A stretch of DNA of 63,946 nucleotides, the filler included, from Perkinsus olseni (lineage: Eukaryota), in assembly GCA_013115125.1 (NCBI GenBank). It is 3 parts of 3 records of this genome, joined end to end, with 100 filler letters (N's around TTAATTAATTAA, not from the genome) between each part and the next. Parts side by side here need not be neighbours in the genome. Positions count along the whole stretch, not along the records: positions 1 to 21,335 come from JABANN010000556.1; 2 more parts are not named here. One strand, 5' to 3'. Position numbers and translations under genes: made by a program. The notes under the pieces were generated by a model. The model saw only the letters and a list, made by a program, of their open reading frames with translations. It was not told where the DNA came from and did no database searches. Position 1 is the stretch's first letter. Each line of letters begins with the position of its first letter. Below are positions 1 to 13,599 of this stretch, piece by piece.

Positions 1-70
<70 letters not shown>
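1..70. repeat. (ACA)n microsatellite at contig end, inside an intron of the HECT gene
   Basis: Perfect ACA repeat over 1-70. The last visible HECT exon ends at 108 with a GT donor on the minus strand. Confidence 0.95.
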
Positions 71-107
71 GCATTCGCTGCGAAAACGCTGCCACGGGTT
101 CGCTTAC

Positions 108-3100
108 TGAATAACGGGAGAGTCTTTCGTGAAGCCATCGTCGTAGATCGTGTTAGAACGCAAGGCCTCGAAGTCGAGCTCCTTCGTGCCGCAGATGAGG
201 AGCTCTAGATCACTCGGAGATTTAAAAAGTCGTTGGAATAGGACGGATTGCCCAATCTGAGGCGGAGGCGAATAAAAGCGAGATCATGGATCCCGAATAC
301 GGCTGTAGGATATAACAGATGAGGACCAAGCAGACAAGAAAGGACTCACGCATTTGTCAAAGCCGCGCTTGAAAGACCAGAACTGTCGTGCGATAGACAC
401 GTTAACCTTCCAGTCGATTATCCTGAGTTACGGGATAGGACCAGCAGCGATGGCCCCATCACACGCTTTTGCGTCCCCTCACCTCTCGACGTATTCGTAT
501 CGATTAGCGTTAGTCACAGGGATGTTGCGACCATCGGGTACCAAGTCAACGATAATACGCTCCCCAAAGTACCTAAGGAGGGATCGCAGGCGAAAGTACG
601 AGGCACCGAGAAGGTCGCCAGCAGAACGGAGGAGGAGTCGTGATATGACCTAGCTTAGTCATTCAGGAAACTCGCTAGACAAGAGGAAATTGCAGTCACC
701 GACGGATCCGTTTATCCGAAGAGAAACGATGATAGAATGTGGCGAACGGACCAATTGTATCATCGCCGGTCAAAGAGCATTGAAAAGGTTCTCACTCGTA
801 GTCTGTTGACATGGTTAGACCGAACGTTGCTTCAACATCTCCTTGGAAGTCCAGGAACTGAGGAGAGAACAACAGCTACTCATCCGACCAGTCCATCCTC
901 CTACTTTCCTCAGACCCTGAGCGAAGTCCGGGTCGAACTCTTTCTCAATGACTTCAAGACTGGGCCTATCTATTCGGCCCTCCTTGTCGGTTGACAAAAG
1001 CTTCCTGTACACTATCAATGGAAAGTTGACGTCGAGAATCACCTACATGAGAGGCGCACTCAAGGCGTTTTTCATACTCCACCGCACGACGCAAGACAGG
1101 CCCCGAGTTGACAGGACGCCTCAATCACAGTTGACAGAGCAGCTGAAGCTAGAGAGCCCCACCGAGCGGATGATGGATAAACCACAGCCGGCAGAGGACA
1201 TGGCATCTCACCCCGCTGTATATCGCCAGGCCAATGACTATCCCGAAGAGCTCATACTGAAGGTTGCTCTCTAGGCACTTGTTCGAAAACCAGAACGTAC
1301 GAGTCTCCTTGTTATACTCAAACATGGCGTAGTTCTCGTCGTACATCTGCACGGGGAATGGAACGCCGACTTCGGATCACCGACGGCTCACCTCCTGGAC
1401 CAGCAGCAAAAAGAACTCCTTCTGAACTCCGCCCTCATCCACCCCTTGCTCGCCTTGGAATTGAACCTGGATAAGCGTTTCCAGAGCAGATAATCAGCTC
1501 GGTGCCGCTCACCTTCAACACGCGTTTGAGCTCGTCAGCGTCGAAGCCCGCCAATTGCCGGAGGGAATCCTCTAACTAGAGAGAGCAAGTGGCAGCAGTC
1601 AGGTCTGGATAGGTCGGCGCCCTGGGAACCCCATGAAGTTCGGACAGCAAATTGATTGGATCACCTCCACGGGAACAACTCAGACGTGCAACTAACTTCT
1701 TGCTCTATCAGACGCGTTAAAACTCCAGCCGTATGAATAGCAGACCCTTCCCGCTGGGCGGACTAGGTGAGGTCCTGTTCCCGGCAGCTCACCAAGTGGT
1801 CTCTCCTAACTTTAAGCATCGTAAAGATGTCTTGGGCCATGACAAGGATCCTCCCGCCCGGTAGAATCATACCCGAGGATTGAGCCTAGATCTACACTGC
1901 CTTCGGACCACGTCACAGCTGCCACGTTACTCTCATTAAGGCGTGTTGCTGGGAAACTTCACGTGCATGGTGCTCGGACTCCAGCCTCAACACACGAACC
2001 TAGGAAGCAGTCACTCCAACTGATCCACTGAGCACTCCAACCTACTCGAGCTCCGACGTCCAGTACGCAGGGAGCAGTGGTGAGCACTCCGAAGTCTGCC
2101 AGCTGCCGCGGTGCTCCGAGACTTCGCCGCATACGGCGCATGGAGCCGCCGTCCTCAGGGGCTGGCTCAGCCTCACCTCCATCAGGACGAGCTAAACCAA
2201 TGACTATTAGCACCCAGGCCCGTCGACAGGGAACAGGGACCTACGGCGACGGCGGTTATGAAGCCTGTTCTCGCCGAAGTCCGAGCTGTTGGCAGGCGAC
2301 ATCCCAGGCGAGGAGCCGCCAGGAAAGATACTGGGCGAAGATGTCTCACTTCCATCGCTTTGTGGGGGCGAGGGAGCTGGGGGAACAGGCAGCATTTCTC
2401 GGTGGAAATGTTGGGCTCAGCCAATCGATAGCTCGGGGATGCCCACCATGTCCATCCTCTTCATGATCAGCTCGAGTCCCTGCTGCTCCTGATGACGAGG
2501 ACGACGAGCTGGCTGTCCGGTCCATGTGTCCACCGTGTCCACGATTGACACTGAGGCTCGTGCTGATGATCCAGCTCCTACCAAAAGCAGAGCATATAGT
2601 AAACTTCCGGGCAGTCTACAAGATCCGCCGCCCACGATCCTATGTGAGAGCAGCCCTCGAAGGCATCCGGCAGCATCGCCCGAGAAACACTGCAGCGCGA
2701 GTTCTCTAGGCTTACGTCACTTCGTGCCTCAATAGAACATCAGTTTGGCTGATCGCATCGTTGTGGAACTCCTCAGGTGGTATGCGCTAAGAGGAGCGAG
2801 CAGCCGATAATGGCAACAAGTTTCAAGAGAAGTACACGCAGCGCAATTTGAGCGACGCGAGTGTATGATTCGAAGTCCGGTGAGTAGTAATTTGAGACTC
2901 ACTTCGGGTCCACGTAATTTGCTGTTGGCCTTCCAGATCGCCTGAGAGGGAGGGGACCAAGCAATGCATAAAGGAAATGTCTGTGTGTGTCAGGAGTAAC
3001 CGCAGCGCTGTGCTCAAAGACCGAAGCGGCAGCCACAGGTGAGATAAATTAGAAGGCCCAGGAAGCTCTACTTTTCCTTATGCCAAGAAAAACAGTATTC

Positions 3101-5934
3101 TAGCGAGGCGTAGCACTTTGTGCCGCGCGGACAGCACTTCGGTAACGGTCTGTGATGGGCGTTGGCAGCAAGGCTATGAGCCGGTATGAAGAACAAAGAC
3201 CCACGTTGGTATAGACCAAAGCTAGGACAGCAGACCGAACCCTACTGCGATGATCTCTAGCGCTCCTTTTATCGGCTTCCTGCACTCGGAAAGGAAGCTC
3301 ATCCACTGGCGGGAACGCAGGGTCACTGAAAGGGAGAGAAATTATCCTCTTCATACCAGCTTCGAGCCATTCGAGTATCTTTAAACCAGAGGATGCTCAC
3401 ATGAGCCCTATCGGGTACGGCCCTAACCGTTTAAGAGACTACTAGCGGAGATTCGCAAAGCCCGTGGAAGATGTCCCAGAGAGAAGTACTCACATGTATC
3501 CAGTTGTAATGTGTCCAGGCCCAATCTGCCCAGCTGCTCTATGGTTGAACTGAAGCATGAGGACCAGCTCCAGGTGTAGGACAAAAGTCCTTGTCGCTAC
3601 AGAGTGATGAATTCCCGGAGCATCTCCAGTAGTGCCATTAGATCCGCTCGATTCTCGGCGGTCTTAACCAGCTGCTCCGCGCTCGCCTTTCTCACTGGTT
3701 TCTGCAGGCTGGCTAGAGCAGCTAGGACGATACCCTGATAAGAAGTAGTGATCCAGAGGAACCAACACCAGGGCGAAGCGGTGATGCATTCCGCGACGGC
3801 AATGACACACGAATGTCATCTAACGAGGGACCCACACTCAACTTCTTGAGGCTGGAAGCCTCAGAATGTAACTCCAACGGCCGCGGCCGTCAGCACGAAA
3901 TCGAACTACTGCAGTAAGCAGGCCGCCCTATCACCATTTGCTCGGACTCCAGGCTGCTCATGAGCACCAATGCACAGCATAAAAAGCCAGCGTAGTTCTT
4001 GTCGAACTTCCGCACTGCTGAGGACTTCATTAGCTCTCTAAGATGCTCGATCATCGGTGACGCCCAAGTCTGGGTCGGAATGGAAGCGGCAGCTGTCTTA
4101 ATATCCCGTAGGAAGCAAGCCAGCGGTAACCCTCTCGACGTCGTGTAGTTCACCAACAGTGAGCTCGTGAAAATATTGCAAGACGTGAGCTCGAGTAGGC
4201 GTTCAGGAGACCACAGCTGTTGTAGGGAAGGGCACTTGCCCGGGGCTATAAAGCGGACAACCTCGCCTGAGGAGGATTCAAATTCGAGTAAAGTTCATGA
4301 GCAATTATACAGCTCGTCCTGGCAGGGCCTCATGATGATTTGTATCGCCGTATTAGAAAATCTATCGCAACCAATGAAGCATTACAGCTATCTCTACATG
4401 GCGCCCTGACTATTGAGATACTGGGAAAAGATAAACCGTCATTTCGGAGCAAGACGATACCATACGCGACGATGCGTTCGCGTCTTCTCGCCTTATCACC
4501 TAGGGTAGCCTCAGACGGCAAGAGAGAGGAGCGGCCGTCCAACGCCAGACGCTCCTCCACAGTCTCGGGGCCTGATCCCCGAGCCACAGAGAGTGCCGCT
4601 GCCTTTGCAGCTTCAACTGGGTCTGTTGGTTTCTCGATGAGGCCGTGCAGATACCTGAACGCAAGAAACCGTCACAACAGCGAATTGAACGCGAAACCAT
4701 TCATGCCTTGATTCGACGAGCAAGAGCGGATAAGAAAGCCTCTATCACCTCGCCATCGTCCTCACAGTTTGCTCCTCTGTGGCATGGGCCTTCTGATTTC
4801 CTGCAGGGTCGTTCATAAGGCAGGGATGAAGACTGTACCGTGAGTTAGTTACTTCAGTTAGTTCAGAGGACCGTTACTTGGTGAGCCACCAGTGAGACTC
4901 CAGGCCCGTCCTTGACAACTCCAACGCAACCGACAAATCACTCCGAGGGAAACTTGGGTGGTAGAGCGTTCAACAACATGAACAGGACTTCATAGGAGGA
5001 GACTACGGGCCTGCCGTCAACGGCGAGGGTGGGCCTTCAGAGCCCACCATCTGCTTTGTTGCGCACGCAACAGCGGCTGCCATGAGTATCATCATGAAGG
5101 AGAGGCTGTACGGGAATCACCACCCCCGTTGCTACGGCCAATACGGTTCTCGCAGGTGCAGCGCGACGGCATCTCTGGAGGTAGGAGCTGCGACCGGGAA
5201 CTGAGGGTGGAAGAGGGGTTACCATTCAGAACCGAGAAGGCCTGAGCCTACCCCATAGGGTGTAGACTTGGGCACCCCACCGTAGCGCCTGTCAGAGGCG
5301 AGGCATGACGGAGGATAGTCGGTTATTAGCCCAGCTACTCGCAGGAGGCTGAACTCCTTCAGAAGAGAAGCAAACAGTTGCGGTGTCTGTTCACCCAGGG
5401 GAAGGGGCCCTACCGTTTGTTTTCTTATATGCCTGATCTCATCAGCAATGCTTGCCAGCTCATGGAGCTCCGTAGCGGTGAGGCGGCTGCTGCCGCTGCC
5501 ATCACCCTGGCAAGCAATGGCCTCCTCGGCGGACAGCACGCTGAGAGGGATGGCTTACTTCCCCCGAAGATCCATGAGGGGTGGTGATGCCTTCCTCAGA
5601 AAGGACTCCATCGGCGGTAGTAACATCAGTCGAAGGCTTTGAAGTGGCCGCCGGCCCCGCGGCGGGGCCTCCGATGATTGAAGGTGTACTTGCATTAATT
5701 AGACCAGAATAGGAGCTGCTGCAATTGTTACAAAGACGGTTCACGAGATCTTCTTTGCGACCTGAGATTATCACAGAGGAATCTCAGCTTGACCAGTCCA
5801 AGATACAATTCAGGTCAAGATAGAGTCTCACCGTCAGAAGGGAGTCCCTTCTCCTTACAGAGGGCTCTCAGGGCCCCAACACGCATCACCGAGTACCGGT
5901 TATAAGCTTCGGTCTCGTGGGAAGCAGCCACCAT
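108..5934 (-). CDS. HECT E3 ubiquitin ligase (UBE3A/HERC-like HECT region) with N-terminal SAP domain; multi-exon, 3' end beyond the contig edge
   Basis: Minus-strand exons encode [46 protein letters not shown] (~1393-1466), [57 protein letters not shown] and [27 protein letters not shown]. The ATG at 5934 gives [31 protein letters not shown] across intron 5831-5762. The catalytic Cys lobe is not in the window. Joining the SAP and HECT exons into one gene is inferred. Confidence 0.8.
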
Positions 5935-6829
5935 ATCACGGTATGACAACTGCCCGAACTACAACATATCCTCTCATGATACGACTCTAACTCAACCACC
6001 CCGGATTCCTTCACGCAAAGTGATCGTTTGAACTCTCAAGTTCAGCAGCATAAGCGGTGCCGTTGGGCCAGAGGCTCCGGCTGTAGGAATTCTCTGAGCG
6101 GGAATCAGGCTGCGGCTAGGAAGAAACCGCAGCTCCAATCCGAGCAGCCTTCTCACCCACCACAACCGATGACCAACAGGTAATTGTGAGATCCCCTCAT
6201 TATTCTGATAAGCATTCCTTCCTATCAGTTCTGCAAAAAAGGCAGGAGCAGTAGCAGCAGCACCCCGAGTACGATGCACGGGAACCTCTCTCCTCTTGGT
6301 TTCATGAGAACTCAACAACCCTTTAGTACAATGAAAAGTTATCACTGGTACATACAAAACCCACAGAGTTGTTGTCTGATGCTGCTACTGCTGCTGCAAC
6401 AACTACTGCAGTAGTGTAGAGCGGGCAAGGCAGCAGCAGCAGCAGCACTCTACGTTTTAACAGACAGTAGTTGACATAACAACGAGGAGCGAACGATGAT
6501 CATATAGAGTTTGTAAACGGAGGTTGACACACAGGTACTACCTCGATGACTATGATAACCGTTATAAAGTATCAGAGTTGTACTAACAAGAGGAAGCTAA
6601 TAGTGTCAAGAATTATTGGGAAACTTTATCATCACTACTCAAGTATGAACAGAGTCATCATCGACTTGTAAATTGACTGCTTGATTGACAGCGACATTCC
6701 TACTACTAAGAATTGTAGTAGTGTTGGTGAGAACTTCAGATACCAACACTACCCACACTAGAAACTACTAAGGGTATCATCATTAAATCAGATCCTCTGC
6801 ACCCTCAGCGCTGTTGCCGTGAGTTCCTT

Positions 6830-8457
6830 TCACCATGTGCAACTACATGACTAGGAACATCTTCACGAGTGGTAGTCCACTTCCTATCGACGATCTTCAA
6901 TCGTCGGTCTCACAAGATCCTTGTGGCCCGAAGCATTCTCACGAAGCCAATCCTTCCACGAAAGATAAGCTCGGGCCTTGTACGCATCTGAAATCAGGAG
7001 ACGCCTGTAGGACCTTAAACCCTTGCCGACAACTAGAACAACGACCAAACATTATGTATTACTATGAGCCCTTCGCTCCGCTCTCCTGACCGCATATGGC
7101 CAGGGATTATATTTGATTGTTGATGAGGTGCTCCTCATGCTGCGGTGACGGGTCTCCATCCGTCGATTCCGCCATGCCTCATAATTGGAGGGATCCCAGT
7201 AGGAACGGAAGGCGTCAGTCTCCTCCTAATACGAAAACGGACATGATATGAGAAGTATCGGGAATGACACTGGGAAGGCACTAAGACACTTTGCCTTTTG
7301 AGAGCCGGGTAAGATCCTCTTCCATCGCCCCAACGCTCTAGGCCCCGGTTCAAGAATAGGGGGAAAACGGGGAGTGCGAATTATGCCACTCATACACGAA
7401 TTACAACTTGACGATGAGCTCCCACGTCATCGCGTATCATCGATCGCCCCACCCCCAGTACCGAATAATCTCGGCTCTGCGAGTTTATGAGACGCCGTGT
7501 GTCTCCATCAATTATTATATGCTGACCGCTGGATTTGCATACACCTACAGCGTCGAACCTAGTGAGAGGAAGAAATAGTGTTCATACCATGAACCTCCAT
7601 CCGACCTGAATCGATCGAAGGCATCAAATTTTGTCCAGTTGAAAGGGGAGTCGCAATCGTCTGTTTCGTCGAGGTCGTAGTCCTCCGCGCTGTACGGGCT
7701 AGGGACTTCTGCGTTAGTAAGTACTTGATTACATAAGCATCCACGACGAGGACGAACCTGAGATTTTAGAAATAGCATGCTTAGTAAACACCGACTCCTC
7801 GTTCTACAAGCTAGTTCTAGAAACAATTTTGGAAGCCTCTTTTCCGTGTAAAAATCAATCTCAGAAACGATTTTGTATTTCTTAATTGAATTATTGACCG
7901 ATCCCAAAGATATGCTTACCGCCACCGGCAGGAAGAGCTTATTATGGGGGAAGCTAGCGGGGCGTTGAATCGGCGGATCCGAGTTGGCCCACTCGTAACC
8001 TGGGCTCGAGGATCTTGTTATACCTGGCAAGATACATGAAAAAAGAGACCCGCCAGCAATCTTACTCGATCGAGTTTCTTCCCCTTCACATGAGGGAGCT
8101 TTCGAAGCTAATTTACGGTCTGGCAGGGGCAGGCTTAAAGAGAGCCGATGAACGGCCGGTGATATTGTCACAGTCGAATAGTCTGTCATTCAAACGGAGG
8201 TCGCTAAATGTTCTCACGGTAGACTTCAAGCTGACAGCGTTCAGTCTGGTCGACCGGGAGTCGAAAAGGGCAGGCTGGTGGTGAAACGACGCGGCGACCT
8301 TCAGCTGGCTGGAAGAATGGGACACGGCAGAATCTGTCTTTCGGACACAGGCGGTGGAGCACTCCGACCCGATATATCTTTCTCTGGAACACAGAAGATG
8401 CACGATGGTGGGATTGAACCCCGGACCTACATTCGGCTCGCGTATGGTCCCAGGCAT
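6830..8457 (-). CDS. hypothetical multi-exon protein (boundaries uncertain)
   Basis: Minus-strand open segments bounded by GT/AG (~8113-8335, ~7920-8025, ~7605-7757). No domain recognised. Confidence 0.25.
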
Positions 8458-8547
8458 CGCTTCAGCTTAGGTCTACGCACGCCCCATTTCACCTTGTCAA
8501 AGCGTTCCGTGCGTATCAACCATCATATCACAGTTGTTTAGATTGCC

Positions 8548-9373
8548 ATGTCGTCGTCGTCTGATAATAGCACATCATCATGGCCATCGCCATCGCCAGC
8601 TGCTGCTCCTGCAGTGAGCATGCTTGAGCAGCTACAGAAGGTCGCTCTAAGAGCGAGAGATCAGGCTGAGGATGTTGGTGACGATATACGCGTTGGAGCT
8701 GGTAGTGAACGGCTCTTCCTCTGAATCACTCGCTACACGTTGCCAGCGAAAAACTGTCTGTTGAGGTGGATGTATTCGGACCTGTGACTGAGCACCTTCG
8801 CTTGCAGGTCGACCGGCAACCCCAAAGGCTACGTTTGACCGTATCAAGGTTGGGATGAGATGCCAAGTGGAGCCCTTCCAGCGACGAGGGGAGATCGCCT
8901 ATATTCAGCCAAATCATTGTGGACTTGGTAGTAGACTGGGAGAGCGTCGCAAGCAGGCTCTTTCTTACATTCATGTGAGGGTCAACGAATTGATACGATA
9001 ATACGAAGGTCGTCACTCTCATTCAACGGCCCCAGCCAGAGTCCTGCACGGCCGTGTACTGACTTAAAACTGCTGAGGGTGAAAAACTTTCGTGGCTTAT
9101 CGGCTGGTCCAATCGCAGCGTACCTACCATCGACCATCGGTGGGTCATACGTACATCGACCATCGAGGAAATTCAGGTACCTGGGTTGGTGTTAAACTAG
9201 ATGAACCCTGCGAGGATCCTAGACAAGACGGTACTTTTTTGGATGGTAGAAGATATTTCGAAACCGAGCCTGGATACGCCTTATGGACCCGGCCTGAAGC
9301 TGTAAGTGAGAATTGCGCATGTTATGGTAATGGAAACTAGATGGCCCTCCCGCGGTCGAAGGATTGCGTCTAA
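8548..9373 (+). CDS. CAP-Gly domain protein (tubulin cofactor B-like C-terminal domain)
   Basis: Exons encode IKVGMRCQVEPFQRRGEIAYI and GTWVGVKLDEPCEDPRQDGTFLDGRRYFETEPGYALWTRPEA, which follows the CAP-Gly pattern. A last exon ends in TAA at 9371-9373. Confidence 0.7.
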
Positions 9374-9896
9374 GTCTTCTATCTGGGACTTTCCTATAGT
9401 TCAGCTTGACTAGCGAATAAGTTGCAAGTGTCGACTATATAGGTGCTAGGACCAAGTATGTAGTAGGTTCTAGTATCGAGTACTGAGGCGCCCATTAAGT
9501 TTTTGGGTTGTGTAAAAGAAGCCGTATCGCAGAATATTGTCAGGTAACCTGTGGCCCTGAATTCACCCCTATTGATCCCTTCGCCGATCTTTCCTCATCG
9601 AGTGACGAAGAGTAGTTACTGTTTCTAATGATCAAAGCTTTGCTTCAGTAAATGGGATGGGTACCATGAACGCTGGGATGGGGTGATGGTAGACTCTACC
9701 CTCTCCAGCCGCGCTGGCCTTCCACTCACTAGTGGTGGACTGTGCTAAATGTTTCTGTAGGACCTCTAGTATGCTGTGTGTGTGGCCTGTAAATGTTGTT
9801 GCTGGTCGATTGTGGTCGATCGCCGTCATCGCTTGTCTGACATTCCTGCTGGCCAGTACTTGCAGCAACTTCTTGTTAGTAGAATCACGAATTTTT

Positions 9897-12428
9897 ATGA
9901 CTATGAACAAACACAAGGTGTACGTCGCTGGTGTCGGCATGACACCCTTCATTAAACCAGGGAGGTACCCCGGTTTTTCGCGATGATTTTCCGTGATCGG
10001 AGGCCCCCTTCAGGAAAGATATCGACTACGTTGATCTTGGAACACTTGCCATTCAAAGAGCGCTCAGAGACGCTGGGATATCGGGCCAAGGTACTACCGC
10101 CAACATCCGTATCAATATCTTACGGTCCTTTACCCTAGACATCGAAGCGGCCTATGCTGGCTACGTCTACGGTGATAGCACCTGCGGGCAGCGGGTCATC
10201 TATCAGGCTATTGGCTGTACCGGTATACCGGTTGTTAATGTCAATAACAACTGCAGGTATGCGGTCTCTCTAGGCTCCAACCCACATCGGTCCATTGTTC
10301 AGTACCGGGGCCTCGGCTCTGTTCCTGGGGCGTCAGGCCATCTTGGCGGGTATGGCTGATGTATGTCTCGTGGTGGGCTTCGAGAAAATGGAAAGGGGCA
10401 GTCTTAGTTCCAAATACACTGATAGGTGAGTCATGTGACAATGCAGGAAGGGTCGATGGAAGCAACCGCTCTATGGTAGGAATATTGGCATACTGTCGCC
10501 TTCGCTCGCACAGTGGCTCGATAAAGAGGCGTTAGGGGCTGTCATCACTTCAGAACGGATCCCTTAGATCGCCACATGGTGGAAATGGCCTCTATGCGTG
10601 GTCTGGCGGCTGCACCGGCCCCTCCACAGCTCTTTGGCAATGCTGGTACCGAGCACATGGAAAAGTGAGTCCCGTTTTTAGTCGACTTACCCATCGTCGC
10701 TTCGGATATTCATCCGCCTGTTCTGTAATCATCGATTACCTATAAGGGTAGTTTATCTTTATTGACCGTGTATTATAACTTGACTTAATAGGCACGAAAT
10801 ATTGTTGATGTAGACGTAAATGTATTTATGTGTTAGGATAGGTATGTAGGGATATTCTATGTGTGCCAGGTGATAATACTGATCCATAGTTCTCTCGAAG
10901 TTTGCTTGTGCGTAGAAAATAAACAGCCTGATGCCATCTGTAGGTATGGTACGACAGAGAGGCAGCTGTCTTGCATAGCTAGCAAGAATCATAATCACTC
11001 GGCCAACAACCCCTACAGCCAATTCCGTGACCACTATACTGTTGACCAGGTCATAGCCTACCATTCAATAACGTATGATCACTCAGCCCGTCATCAGGTG
11101 TTGGCCTCGCCGAAGGTGTTTGGGCCTCTCACCAAGCTACAATGCTGTCCCACCTCGGACGGCGCCGCTGCTTGTGTGCTGATGAGTGATAAAGCGGCTA
11201 GAAAATACGAGTATGTAACGTGTAAACACACAGAATACGTCTCGTGTGGTCATGGTTATTGAGACAAATTGCGAATGACCGTAGATCCAGATTCATCGTG
11301 GTCGGTTCGGTCCGCCTCCAGCCTAGTACCATCTGATGTCCACCTTGTACCGGGAACTTCCCTGCGGTCCCTGTTAGCTTGCTAGACCAAGCCGTGGAGA
11401 TAGCTGGTATGTCCCTGGTGGCTGATACTCCCGCTACCTTCACCACTAAGAGTTGTATGGATGTGGTGGGCAGGGACATGACGAAGAAGGCGATAGCCGG
11501 AGTCCTGGCCCAAACCGGCCTCAAGATGGGCGACTTCCAGGTGATCATGTGATGGAGGGAAGTGCGAGAATATATAGTATAGCGCCCCTCGTCGGGGACT
11601 GCGAATGAGCGATTCGACGAGTGGATAGGATACTCCTGCTCACGCATAGATAGTCATATCTTTGAAGACAATATATCATTCCCGCTTTATGTCGGTCCAC
11701 CCACGGCCGGCCTATAAAAATACTGCTCATCTGCCATCGAACTAAGAGGCGCGTCAGTGAGGAAGTTACCACACCTTGTGTCGTGGATGCGAGGCGCAAT
11801 CCGAAGGTTCGATTCCAAGGCCTTATGATGCAGGTTGTGGAACTTCACGATTGCTTCTCGGCCAATGAGTTGATCACGACGGAGGCTCTCGGCCTATGTA
11901 AAGAAGGACAAGCAGGCCCTCTCAACGAGAAGGGCAAATTTACTTATGGCAGCGATAACATGTAATGCTTCTCTCTCACAATGGTTCGCACTGTTCTCTA
12001 TAGCTGCGTCATCAATCCCTCTGGGGGTCTTATCTCCAAGGGCCACCCCTTAGGGGCCACTGGCCTCGCTCAATGCTGTGAGCTTGTCTGGCAACTCCGT
12101 GGCTGTGCTGATAAGCGTCAGGTGATGAGCCTATATCCAGTAGGTTCTCATACCATCTCGACAGGTACCCGCTGTAAGGAATGCCCTACAACATAACCTT
12201 GGTCTGGGCGGAGCCTGTGTCGTGGCTGCATATAGGAAAGTGAACAATGCCCCACCCGCCAGGGCCCTGCCTAGTGATCCAAGCGTATTGGAATCATGGG
12301 AGAAAGAAGGTGTTAACCTCGACAGTCAGATGTCGATTATCCTCTCATCGCCTGGGTGCCCGAGTGAATTAGTTACTGCTCAGGTTGCCCCTCCTCGAGT
12401 CGCCCCGCGGCAGCAACGGCGGTTATGA
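9897..12428 (+). CDS. SCPx-type (sterol carrier protein-x / non-specific lipid-transfer) thiolase, lacking the C-terminal SCP2 domain
   Basis: Exons encode [38 protein letters not shown] (catalytic Cys, split by an intron), [62 protein letters not shown] and [12 protein letters not shown]. Confidence 0.9.
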
Positions 12429-12623
12429 GCAGACTGTAAAGGCATCTCCTTGTCCTCGTTGGTTTAACGTCGTTGGCCAATCTTCATGACGCTTTCGTTG
12501 TTTGCAGTGCTCAGTGCACATTCTCCGCATTTTGATGCCTGTGTTAGTCGACCCTTACGGAAACAAACTTGTCCGAAAAGTTGCTGGATCAGCAACTGAA
12601 CGGATCGAGCCCGGTCCGGTATT

Positions 12624-13474
12624 CATAGGCGCCAAACCAGGGGAATATTCAGGGGGGCAGATCATGCTCGTGGAGTGAACGGTTTACTGTGAATTTCAGA
12701 TTCATCGAACCGTGTTCCACGGACTTCAATCAAAAACGCAAGATTCATATTCACATAAGTGGATAAGTCGTTTCATCGAGTAGCGTAAAAAATTGGAGCT
12801 CCATCAAGACAAACATAAGCCGGAGCTGAACAGCCTGCACCGGGCTGCGGTAGTCGCAGACTCGCACGCTTAGCGTGCCACGCTATCAAGTACGAGAGAA
12901 AGCTTCGCGTTCCTCAAAAAGACCTAAGAGAGGTCGAAGGGCTTAAAGTGTGTCATCCTTGTACGATTGGCGAGAACGAACGAATTGACAACCTTTCTAA
13001 GGTCTAGTCTAGGTCTAGTCTAGGTCTTTCTAAGGTCTAAGGTCATCACAGTCTCCACACTCATCACTGATGAGTCATCAGCTAGATCGCTTGCCGGGTA
13101 TAGTGCAGGAGCGGGAACCGAGGCAGAGCGGGAGGAGCTCGAAGAGGGCTGGCCCCTCCGCGGCAATGCACGGTTGAACATGCGATCGATGGATTCCTGC
13201 ATGAGACCGTGATCTAACAACTGCAACGATAAAGCTTCCAAGATTCACGGTTTGTGACTCGCAAATCATGAGACGACCACTCAACTCAATCTACATTGAG
13301 TAAGAAATGACTACGGAATTGCGCCTCACACATCACCTGCGGTTCGGTGCCCCCCTTGAGCATGCGTGCTCGCACGCGTACACTGGGGCAAAGTCAGTAG
13401 GGGGCAGTGCTCCCCTCAGAAGCTGAGTCAGGGGGGCGTCCGCCCCCCTTGCCCCCCCCTTTTGGGCGCCCATG
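12624..13474. mobile_element. non-autonomous hAT-type DNA transposon, 851 bp
   Basis: Imperfect TIRs: CATAGGCGCCAAA at the left end and CATGGGCGCCCAAA (reverse complement) at the right end. G-rich subterminal tracts. Identical 8-bp flanking direct repeat CCGGTATT at 12616-12623 and 13475-13482. Confidence 0.85.
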
Positions 13475-13599
13475 CCGGTATTCCCTCGTATACCCGCTAT
13501 TGCACATGTCCACTCGGCGCATTCACGGGCACTCAGGGTCACACAACTCTCTAGTGCTGAACACCGACGTATCAGTACAACATGGCGATATCGCGCGTG

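Noticed and set aside
12414..12428. C-terminal -RRL of the thiolase as a peroxisomal PTS1
   Set aside because: It does not fit the canonical [SAC][KRH][LM] consensus, so it cannot be supported from sequence alone.
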